From: Amphiscolops sp. MND2022
Lineage: Eukaryota
Reading direction: 5' to 3'
Assembly (NCBI GenBank): GCA_964187785.1
Contig: OZ076413.1
Coordinates: 52,576,001 to 52,640,000, forward strand
DNA length: 64,000 bases
Every line of letters begins with the position of its first letter. Within the stretch, counting starts at the first letter, position 1. Below, in pieces: positions 37,114-46,800 of the stretch. The position numbers and the translations under genes are program-made. A model generated the notes under the pieces. It saw nothing but the letters and a program-made list of their open reading frames with translations, did no database searches and had not been told where the DNA came from.

Positions 37114-39261
37114 ATGAAATTATTTTACTTACTCTTTTTATGCGCCCATTACGCGCCCGTTGTGATATTACAACGTCCAACGCCAAACCTCGCTAGCGTT
37201 GCTAAAAAACTGCGAGTAACTCATTTCGACTGCGGCGAAATGACCCAAAATAAACTCTACGCATTGAATCAAGTTGAACAATGCAATGTGGCACCTGAAA
37301 ACTTAGAGGTAAGTCGTGCGAGCGTAACGTTATACACTAAACATTTCCGCCGCACTATCAACGCCACTATGTGCCGTGTGAAACATCAGAGTGAAGAATG
37401 GCATTGTGGTTATCACGACCACTCCAGTATGTCAATCCTACACGACGGAATCACCAGCGATCTTTCCCTGTCACCCGAAACCTGCAAGGCAATGGGTGAA
37501 GGCAAAGAAGTCATAATCCATGGACAACCCCTCAAATTTAAGAAAGGAGTGAAACAAGTACAGACGAGAAACGCCAAATACGGAAAGAGTTGGGACGGTG
37601 TACGCGACCCAGATACCCGAAATGAATGCAAGACAGGTGGCTGGATCAAAAGAGAAACATTCGAATCTCACATCCAAGATGCTGAATTATCAGTAAAAAC
37701 TCGAGATGGAAAAGTCCTGACTCCGTTTCAGATGGTCCTTCCCTGCCCCTTAGAACAACTAGGTTGCGAAACGACGTCACTGGACCCATACGCCTACACA
37801 TGGGCGGAGCCCGATAATTGCGTGCTTGCAGTACATAGGAAAGAAATCGTGAACATGATCAAACACGGATCTAACTACTATATTGTAAGCGGCAACGACT
37901 CCACTACCAAATTTTTATTCGAAGTCTACAACAGACCACAAAAGTATTGCAACAAACCAGACGATGTATACCCGACCAACTACGAATCCCTGTACGTTTC
38001 AATCCAACTTGGTGGCTTCGACATGACGTCCGGCAGACGACTCGGCATCTCCATGGGAGAGACATCTAAACTACAATATTATTCACCCGAAGATGGTTCT
38101 GCTAATGGCCGACTCCACCTCTTTCGAGGCCCGAGCGACCCCAACCCTAATACACCTCATTACCTCAACATGGATTACGAGTTACACCAAGGGACAAAGC
38201 TTGATTATCTCTTCTTTGAGAGCACTCGTCTCCTCGAAGCTTCAGAAATCCAGCTCCTCAAAGCACAATGCGAACAAGAAAGAACTCAAATCCTTACTAT
38301 TTTGATGCTATCAATGGAAAATCCTCGCCTCGCCGGATACATGCTCACGGGAAATCGCTCAATGTTCCTGAACACAGATGGCAGCCTCGCTTGGCTCTAC
38401 CACTGTCCGGAATCCCACTCACCTCTTCACACGATGAACCGATGCTACGACCGCATACCCATCTTCTACAAAGGAGTGGTTGCCTTCGTGGACCCAATCA
38501 CCCGACAGACCTATCCTAACGCGAACGCCCAAAATTGCAGCGATCGCATTAAGAACCTCTTTCAATTGGATATGGAAGACAAAGACTCCTGGTTTACCCT
38601 CACTCCTTCACCCGAACATCGCGACCGACCTGCTATCTTCGGACCCAAAGACATACAACCAATGATTACTAGATCCTTCCCTGGTTCACAAGACGCGGGA
38701 ATGTATACGCCTAAACAACTCTCAGAATTTTGGGACAACATCCTCATCAGCGCAGCGTCTCGCAACGCCCTCCAGAAGTTCTCACGAGAGCTCATCACAC
38801 CCTCAATGGCCCATAGTGGACCTGAATCTTTCGCGTATTATGCACCCCGTACAGATTTTTATGTTGACGGCATGATCTCACCCGATTACTTCAAAAATCA
38901 GTTCCTTGAAACATTTGGAAGTATATCTTACGTACTAGAACTCTGCGGCGCGTATTTTGGCGCCTTTCTTTTCATTAAGTTCGTAATAGATATCACGGTA
39001 CTCGTCTTCCGATACTTTGAACTTCGTCACCTCACAGGTAATACACTGAGCTTCACTAAAACATTGCTCAGTGCTTCGTACAATCTTTTCTTTACTTCAG
39101 TTTTAACTTCTGTATTCACCCCGCGGGCCCCTTACGAGGATAGCGTTGAAGATAAAAACGCGAAAACTGAAGATAATGGAAAAGAAGTAGAACTCCAAGC
39201 ACTGAAGAATAAGGAAGAATCACTTTATCCCTCAGTACAGAGCTTCGTAGCTCCAATATAA
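37114..39261 (+). CDS. env: Envelope glycoprotein (715 aa), class III fusion protein of the chuvirus/Monjiviricetes type
   Basis: Signal peptide; FDC...C...C-x10-CG-x2-DH N-terminus; YTW...NC; TKLDY; QCEQER...L...NP; CYDRIP...FVDP; AGMY; TM at aa ~604-632. This layout matches chuvirus-like G proteins as recalled. Confidence 0.8.
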   Translation: MKLFYLLFLCAHYAPVVILQRPTPNLASVAKKLRVTHFDCGEMTQNKLYALNQVEQCNVAPENLEVSRASVTLYTKHFRRTINATMCRVKHQSEEWHCGYHDHSSMSILHDGITSDLSLSPETCKAMGEGKEVIIHGQPLKFKKGVKQVQTRNAKYGKSWDGVRDPDTRNECKTGGWIKRETFESHIQDAELSVKTRDGKVLTPFQMVLPCPLEQLGCETTSLDPYAYTWAEPDNCVLAVHRKEIVNMIKHGSNYYIVSGNDSTTKFLFEVYNRPQKYCNKPDDVYPTNYESLYVSIQLGGFDMTSGRRLGISMGETSKLQYYSPEDGSANGRLHLFRGPSDPNPNTPHYLNMDYELHQGTKLDYLFFESTRLLEASEIQLLKAQCEQERTQILTILMLSMENPRLAGYMLTGNRSMFLNTDGSLAWLYHCPESHSPLHTMNRCYDRIPIFYKGVVAFVDPITRQTYPNANAQNCSDRIKNLFQLDMEDKDSWFTLTPSPEHRDRPAIFGPKDIQPMITRSFPGSQDAGMYTPKQLSEFWDNILISAASRNALQKFSRELITPSMAHSGPESFAYYAPRTDFYVDGMISPDYFKNQFLETFGSISYVLELCGAYFGAFLFIKFVIDITVLVFRYFELRHLTGNTLSFTKTLLSASYNLFFTSVLTSVFTPRAPYEDSVEDKNAKTEDNGKEVELQALKNKEESLYPSVQSFVAPI

Positions 39262-39307
39262 AGCCAAAAACAATTTCAAGTTCATTCATTCATTAGTTTA
39301 CTTTTAG

Positions 39308-39889
39308 AATCTAGAACCACTATTCGACCTACCAAGCCTGGACGACGATACCCTGGATCCTATCCCAGAAAGTGACCTAGAAATCGAACCCCTATCTCCT
39401 TCAGACTTTTTGACACCAGACTCGTCTACAACAATTACCTTCCTTCCCGACCCCCCTGACTCAACGGTCCCATCATCACCCTCAAAATCTCCAACTCCAA
39501 CCTTCACACCAACGCCATCCGACCAACTCCCCTTTCCTTTGTCATTCACAGGAGACATACCACCAATCCCGTCAACACAACATCCTCCTAGATTTGGTGG
39601 AAAGGACATCAGAAGAACCACACCACAAAAACACCATCATGAATGGAACAACGAGATAGCCGATGAAGCACCCTTACATAAGCAACATAAAAGGGAATAC
39701 TTCACTAGAAAAGCCAGATACGTTAAAAAACCTAGGTTTAACGCAAACCTAAAGTATTCTCTACTCCCACAGTTTTCAACCTGGAAAATCGTCTTTTGGG
39801 ACAACAAAAGACAAGAATACACTATTGAGAACCCTGCACTGAAGGGACAGCGGCTGACAGTTCCCTTAAGATCCATATCTGCACAATGA
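39308..39889 (+). CDS. ORF E: ATG-less second exon (193 aa), acidic/Pro-Ser-Thr-rich then basic; predicted to be spliced to env codons 1-65
   Basis: Frame opens immediately after acceptor tttacttttAG (39307); phase-0 donor GAG|GTAAGT at 37308/37309. Confidence 0.6.
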   Translation, partial: NLEPLFDLPSLDDDTLDPIPESDLEIEPLSPSDFLTPDSSTTITFLPDPPDSTVPSSPSKSPTPTFTPTPSDQLPFPLSFTGDIPPIPSTQHPPRFGGKDIRRTTPQKHHHEWNNEIADEAPLHKQHKREYFTRKARYVKKPRFNANLKYSLLPQFSTWKIVFWDNKRQEYTIENPALKGQRLTVPLRSISAQ

Positions 39890-40824
39890 GCCAAAAATTA
39901 AACCCAAATGCCACCCCCTTCATCCCAAAACACAAACCCTACCTACCGATCCCTAACCCCGACTGGCCACCTATGCCTGAAGAAAACGATCAAGAAGAAC
40001 ATGCAAACCTCGAAGGAGTGGAAAGACTAAATATGTGGATTAGTGAATGGGAGAAATCAACTAGTACCTATAACCAGGGAACAAAAAGCACACCGCTTCG
40101 AAAGTCCTTCCCTTTAACGGACATTAATCAACCCCAAAAGAAGTTAGAAAACCGAATCAAACTGCTATGTACCTCAATCGAAGAGGCACGAGATAAACGT
40201 CAACAATTGGAAGTCACTATCTTCGATTTGCGAGCGACAATCAAACACCAAAGCTCCCTCCTCAGCAGAGCGAGCCAGATTGAAGCGAACGGTAAAGATT
40301 TTATCACTTGGCAAGTTTCCGCCTTCTCCACACTTTACCGAAAAGCAAGGACCTCTCCAGACGATCCCTTTCACAACATCAAAAACAGCTTCGCGAGCCC
40401 TATTTACCCAACATACCTATCAGGCTGCAAAATTTCCTTCAGAATATTCCCTTACGGGATAAACATCTTCCGTGGGACCCACTCTTCTATTAGCTGTGAA
40501 CTTCATTATAGCGACTTCACTCACCCACAAACATGGCCCTTTGATAAAACAGTAGAAGTCGAAATCCTTGATCAGAAGGACGAAGGCAACAAGTGGTCCA
40601 CACTTTTCCCAATCAACCCCCACAACCACGAAGATACCCTTCACAATCTCTACACGCACCCGAACTTCCTCAAAGAAGACTTCATCCCTCATACGAAGTT
40701 ACTTGTCAACTTCAGAGAAGCATTCCTAAACAATGACTCTATAATATTTAGAATCAAATTTAAAGAACCTTCCCCTAAGTCACTCGCGCTACATAACTCC
40801 CCCTCCTTTCAGTCTGACCCATAA
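39886..40824 (+). CDS. TRAF-like protein (312 aa): PAM2 motif, coiled coil, TRAF-C/MATH domain; no RING or zinc fingers
   Basis: FITWQVSAFS...SPIY...GCKISFRIFPYG...RGTHSSI...WPFDKTVEVEILDQ...FLNNDSIIFRI parallels TRAF FIWKISDFS...SPAFY...GYKMCLRIYLNG...RGTHLSL...WPFNQKVTLMLLDQ...YVRDDAIFIK; KLNPNATPFIP at aa 4-14. Confidence 0.88.
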   Translation: MSQKLNPNATPFIPKHKPYLPIPNPDWPPMPEENDQEEHANLEGVERLNMWISEWEKSTSTYNQGTKSTPLRKSFPLTDINQPQKKLENRIKLLCTSIEEARDKRQQLEVTIFDLRATIKHQSSLLSRASQIEANGKDFITWQVSAFSTLYRKARTSPDDPFHNIKNSFASPIYPTYLSGCKISFRIFPYGINIFRGTHSSISCELHYSDFTHPQTWPFDKTVEVEILDQKDEGNKWSTLFPINPHNHEDTLHNLYTHPNFLKEDFIPHTKLLVNFREAFLNNDSIIFRIKFKEPSPKSLALHNSPSFQSDP

Positions 40825-40849
40825 CTCATTTATTTTCTTTCATCCTGCC

Positions 40850-40860
40850 AGGGGGGTGAG
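40850..40860 (+). promoter_or_regulatory. Polypurine tract
   Basis: AGGGGGGTGAG one base before the 3' LTR. Confidence 0.85.
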
Positions 40861-40861
40861 C

Positions 40862-42733
40862 TGTCGCGTTATGACTAACGCTTTAACAAACATAATTAGG
40901 TGCTAAAGTGCAGTGTATATTTAACTAATAAATACAGAAACAAACATGAACTAGAACTAACGTTTGTTTATGGGGGAGAGAGTTGTAGATAAAGATGGCG
41001 GCCATAAGGCGGCGGCCATAACGTGGTAATAATGATGATGAAGTACTGTGACGAGAAAGGAATTGCACAAGTGAAGAATTCTATATTATACCGCGTATAT
41101 TTGAAATACGAAAACAGCTATGATTGGTGGCATGTAAACCATGCCTGCTACGCAGCGCACGATAAGAAACGCTTGGCTGTATATATACGGCCAACGCAGG
41201 CGAGGAGATTCACACACTTATTGAAACGGACAGAGCTTAAACTTAAAAGCTCTCGTTTCTCTTCACTTCTCTTCCACTTCTCTCCCCTCACCCCTGCTCT
41301 TCTTTCTTACTTTACCCCCTTTCCTCTCACTTTACTATTATCTTCCCCTTCAGACTTAGAAAGTCTATTTCTCGCCTTCACATTTCAATTCAGATTTCTA
41401 TTTAACTCAACAAAACTTCTTGCTTTATAACTCAGATCCAATGATTCTCTTTTAATCCTACCCTTGCATCTTAGAATATTTCTCCACTCATCCTTGATTT
41501 GACTTCAACTTCCAGAACCAATCTTCCCTTACAAGAAATTTCTAACTTAGAAATTTCTCTTCAATTTCGTCTCCGGTTTGGTGAGTCTGACTATTTAGAC
41601 CTTTCAGTAGAGATTTCACTCTCTCTGAAACTTCAAATTTAGCTATTTTCCGCTGATTTCAATTCTGCGGTTGACAAAACTTTGACTTTAACTATTTTCC
41701 GCCGATATCAATTCTGCGGTTGACAAAACTTCAAATTTAGCTATTTTCCGCTGATTTCAATTCTGCGGTTGACAAAACTTTGACTTTAACTATTTTCCGC
41801 CGATATCAATTCTGCGGTTGACAAAACTTCAAATTTAGCTATTTTCCGCTGATTTCAATTCTGCGGTTGACAAAACTTTGACTTTAACTATTTTCCGCCG
41901 ATATCAATTCTGCGGTTGACAAAACTTCAAATTTAGCTATTTTCCGCTGATTTCAATTCTGCGGTTGACAAAACTTTGACTTTAACTATTTTCCGCCGAT
42001 ATCAATTCTGCGGTTGACAAAACTTCAAATTTAGCTATTTTCCGCTGATTTCAATTCTGCGGTTGACAAAACTTTAACTTTGAATTTTTTCATTAGAACT
42101 AAATAGTTCTATAAAGTTGACGTTACATAAACTCACATAAGAAAAGGGATGATTAAAATTTTAAAGTGCTATATTATGAAAAAGTCTTAATGCTATTCAG
42201 TTTTCTACTGAATAGAGACATCTAAATCAAAACTCTTCCGTTTAAAATAGTACGGATTTGTAAATTTTGTTTGAGAAAAAGATTTCCGAAGAAAAAGGGA
42301 AATTCTTATTATTTGTAAATAGTTTCATTTTCTTGAATGATAAATTGTAAAAGTTATATTACTTCTTCTTGTAAAGTGAAGTTGTAATCTTTATTAATCT
42401 GAGATTTGTAACAATTGAAAGAAATATGGCTATGTCCAGAAATTGTTCACTTTCAATATTCTCAACTCATTCGTAATTAAACATATTTATCCTCCATACA
42501 TTTTCAGTAAACGGGAAGCTCATTTACAAACACCGCCTTGCGCGACTCACGCAATTTCTTTTGTTCGCACGTACACGCAAGGCACCCCTTTATCAGTAAG
42601 TTGCTAATTTATTTATTGGGACTTATACTTGTTAAATCAATAACAGAACCGTCGCGAGATAGTACCTTGTAAAATGCAAACAAGGACTTGACAGATTAAA
42701 ACTAATAAACAAATTTCACCCATGCGTGCGACA
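40862..42733 (+). repeat. 3' LTR (1872 bp)
   Basis: Copy of the 5' LTR, 196 bp longer because of four extra 49-bp units. Confidence 0.97.
41627..42067 (+). repeat. 49-bp tandem repeat, ABABABABA (9 units) in the 3' LTR
   Basis: Counted directly; 4 x 49 = 196 bp accounts for the whole LTR length difference. Confidence 0.95.
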
Positions 42734-43854
42734 GTCTCAAGGACCATAGAGTTAGGTAGAGTCAATTTACAGTCTATACTACACAATCAAAACAAAAAGA
42801 ATAAAACACCAGGAACACAGCACGTTTAGAGTGTTGCACATTTTCAGTTGCTGTGCACTCTCGTCTTATGAGATGGAATCAAGGATTCAATTTCACAAAC
42901 TGCGCATGTGAAGAGGGTTGTAAAATTTTTATTAGATTTTTGCTGAAAAATGATTTGGTGTTTTGGATGTCTAAAATAGATTTTTTGCCGCAAAATTAAA
43001 TTATTTTTCTGTTAACTTTGAGAATCAAGTTCAATTGGCTAAAACCCCGGAATTGGCTGAAAATTTTTTAAAACCGACAGTTTCTTGAAGTTTTAAATCG
43101 ATTACAAAAGCCTCCTGTTTTTCAGAGTTCTGGTACAAATATTTCAAAATATTGCAAATTGTCCACGAGAACATTAGTTAAATTTTCAGGTAACTTTTTA
43201 GAGACTTTTCGGACTCTAAGAACTCTAAGAGCTTTAAGAACTCTAACTTTAACTCTAATAAGTTTAAGGACTTTAATTCCTATAAATAATCTTGAACGTT
43301 ATTTCCCACTTGCCATGGACGTAATTTCCTCCAGCCCAGTTCTACTTGTTAAGATTTTGTAAACAAAGATAATTTTATTCAACACAAACAGAGCAGGAAT
43401 TTTTCAGCCTATTGTTTTTTGTTAAGGACCCTAATTTGAGAAACAGTGCCTATAGAGCAAATGGGATTTCGGAATCCCTTTGACTTCTTCCCGCTAATTC
43501 ACAGTCTATTTTTTCGGAATTGAAAGAGTGTGAAAAATACTGTCCTGAAGAGTGTCTTGTTCCTGAAAATGAACATATTTTTAGTTATTTGTTCTGTTCC
43601 TTCGGCATCACTGTGCTATTTTTTATTGAAAAATCAAATGACTGCTCATAAAAGCTAATTCAATATTGAAAATTTTTAAACTAGACTCCTGTACTGAGAT
43701 CCCATCGCAGTTCATCGATGGCCATCGTAGTCCCATGAAGCCCATCGCAGTCCCATGGAGCCCATCGATGGCCATCAATGGTCCATCGATGGTCATCGAT
43801 GATGTTTTTCTAACGAATCAAAAAAATTCGTTCGACTTGGCCATTGCTCTATAC

Positions 43855-46800
43855 TGTTGTAAGGGTAATAACGAGAATAAATCGCTTGTAATAATGTATT
43901 GTTTATCGTGGCTCAATATCAATGTAACTGAGTGTGTTGTTAAGATGTACAAGCATTTAGAGCTAACATAAATGTTGACAGGTACATAGCTGTCAAGTAT
44001 GATCAATTGACCTTTAACGGTCTAACTTAAATCTATGACATCAAATCACATTCCCCCTCCCCGAATGTGGGTGATCAGTATATAAATAATTTACGTGACT
44101 GGTTTACTACTTTACATATCACAAGTAATGGTAATAATAATTCAAATGTTGCTGGTGTTTTAAGTTCTTCTTTCATCGGCTTCTTCTTGCTTCTCATTGG
44201 CTGGTCAGTTTCGCCAATAGTGTTCTTCTTCTCCGTTCACCAGGAGTTATTCCTTTGACTGGTCTTTCTGGCTGTTCTACTTGTCTACTATGTTCCCTAT
44301 AATAATCAATGTGTTATTGGGTTACCATAACGCAATATAGGGTTTGTCGTTTTTATTCTCGTTGATTTTCGTATTGCTGGTTGGTTTTCGTAATTTGTGT
44401 TTATGTTTATGTTTTCTGTTTGTTCGATTTTTTTTTGACTCAGTATTACCGTTTCTTTCCACCACTGTTATTGTGTCCTGGTTCTCCTCTGCTGTTTCAC
44501 CTGCCTTTTCTAGTTGTTCTTCCGTCATGTTTTCCAGGTGCATGCGTAGGTTGCTTTGGCCTGGTGATTGTTATTGTACTGATCTATCTCTAATCAGCTT
44601 CTTTTCCCCCTTCCGTAGACCGAGTTTGTTTCCGTAGATGTCTCGGTTGAGCACTGTTTCCAACCTGCTTTCCTCTAAGACTGGTGTACTTTCTCTCGCC
44701 GGCTGTTCGATTTCGTTTGATTGGTCTAACTGGTCGATTCTCATCTGCGTGAACCTGCCGTCCGGTCCCCTTGGATTTTCGCCTCGTCTGGAGAATGGGT
44801 TCTGGAATGTATGTGTTAGCGGTTTACTCACACGTTTCGGTGTTTTGTTTTATTTGTGTCAGTTTTAATGGTATGTTTCGTTCCCGCTACAGCTAATTGT
44901 GGTTTGGTTTCGTAATCACTTTCGAAGTTGTATTTATCAACTGGTCGTAGTGTCCCTCGTTGTTGGAGAACGAATAAACTTGCAATGTATCCGGTTTGCC
45001 TGAAACAACATTGGTTTTATGATTCAGTGATACATTTAAGTATTGTTTTAATTCCGTTTTCGAATTTCTGCCGTACTGTCTTTCAAATGGTGTTTCTTTA
45101 ATACTTGAATGAACCGTTGTTCTCATTGCGTTCAAGGATTGGCTTAGTGATTCGTTCAAAATGCATCCGTCCCAGAGACTGGTTTTCATATAATCTTTGA
45201 GTGTTTTAATTTCCCTTCCAACTAGACACGTCGGTGTATGGTCATACGGTGTCCCGTATATTAATTTGATGTTCAAGCTTTTGCACAATTCTCTGAATTC
45301 CTTTCCTGTAAAGGCCGTGCCTTTATCTGTTCTGATTGTTTGGGGTATGCAATTGAGGGTTATACACTGTTCTAGAGAGCTTTTTTGCGGTTTTTCCAGT
45401 TGGTGATTTGCAGATGCATGCAACTGGCCATCTGCTGTATCGGTTTATCGATACTAGTATAAAAAATCGTCTTGATTTATATCTTATCGGTCCGATGGAA
45501 TCCAGTTGGATTTCTTGGTTTGTTTTATCGGCCGGTGGTAGGTAATTTATTTCTGACATAGGTAGTTGTGGTTTAACACTCTTACCTGTTGCACGGCACA
45601 CATTCGTCGCACTTCTGTTGTATGTCTGGTTATTTTCGGCCTCCAAAATAACTTTGCGGCATATGTCATCTTGTTAATTGCTGTGTGGCATTTATGTAAA
45701 AGTGTGATGACGGTGGTTCGAAGATTTTTTGGTGTTATGATTTTATCATCATTGAACATCACCTCGAATCTTTTGGATAGATTTATTGTGTACTGCTTGT
45801 ATTCTTCTGGTATCTGGGTAATCGTTTTCATTTCCAGACAGACCAGAATTTTCAGAAGTTTGTCGTCATTGGTGGTTTCCATTGCGATTGTTCTTAAATC
45901 TCTTGCGAACTTCTGCGCTGCTTGACGTAATGTTTCCTCCAAGTTCCATTCGTTTTTGTTTAGGACATGGCTTGCCTGCCTCATCTGAATATATCATACT
46001 CCGGTGGCGTCGCGGTTTTTTTGAAGTTAATGGCCTGTACGTCTATTGAATCGTTCGAATAGGATGACATAGTTTCTTCGCTCTGGTGATCGGTCTCTTC
46101 TATTTGTGTTTCTCCACTTGTTCCTTGTTCGTTGTTATTGTTTGTTGGTGTATTTCTGTTTTTTTTTCGATCATTTTATATAGTTCTTCTCGACGTGTTC
46201 TTTCCTCGGGGCTTTCTTGGCTCTGTTGTTCCAGTCTTTTCCGTATTACCTTGTTACTCTTTTGATGCACTTCCATTTCGATTCCTTTAATTTCTATTTG
46301 CTGAAATCTTGGTGGATTCTATGTCTTCCATATTCCATTTGTCATCCTGTAGTCGTTTGGTTAAATTAGTTCTTTCCACCGATTTGTCAAAGCTAAAATT
46401 TTTGCTGTTGGATCTTGTCTTTCTGTTTGTTCAATTTTCTTGATGTCCATTCTGGTAATAGTTTCGTTGTCTTCTTTTGGTTGTTAAATGTTAACGTTTA
46501 GTACCGGTTGTTGAGATGATAATAGCAAACTGCGATCGTTCGTTTTGATCTCACATGGCTTTTGTTTGTTTTAGTAGCTCGCCAGTGATTGGTTGAATTT
46601 TTGTTCACGCTTCTCTGAATTGTCTGTTCTGATTTCTTTCTTTCTTAATTTGTCGATGCTGCCGTGATTGTTTCATGAACTCCAATAGCGGTTTCATGCA
46701 ATTAATTACCTACTCTTGGTCGCAGTTTTCGATTGGTTCTGGCTTTGACACTGAATTTGTGCTCAGATAGTCAGTCAATCCCAGGTGTTTACCTGCAATG

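Larger units (their letters stand above)
24452..42733 (+). mobile_element. Intact-looking 18,282-bp env-bearing Ty3/gypsy (Metaviridae-like) LTR element with multiple accessory genes
   Basis: GTCT TSD at 24448-24451 and 42734-42737; 6-bp terminal inverted repeat TGTCGC/GCGACA; near-identical LTRs; PBS, PPT; gag-pol in PR-RT-RH-IN order. Confidence 0.97.

Noticed and set aside
39304-39621. 105-aa minus-strand ORF opposite ORF E
   Set aside because: Gly/Val-rich mirror of the Pro/Thr/Ser-rich sense frame.
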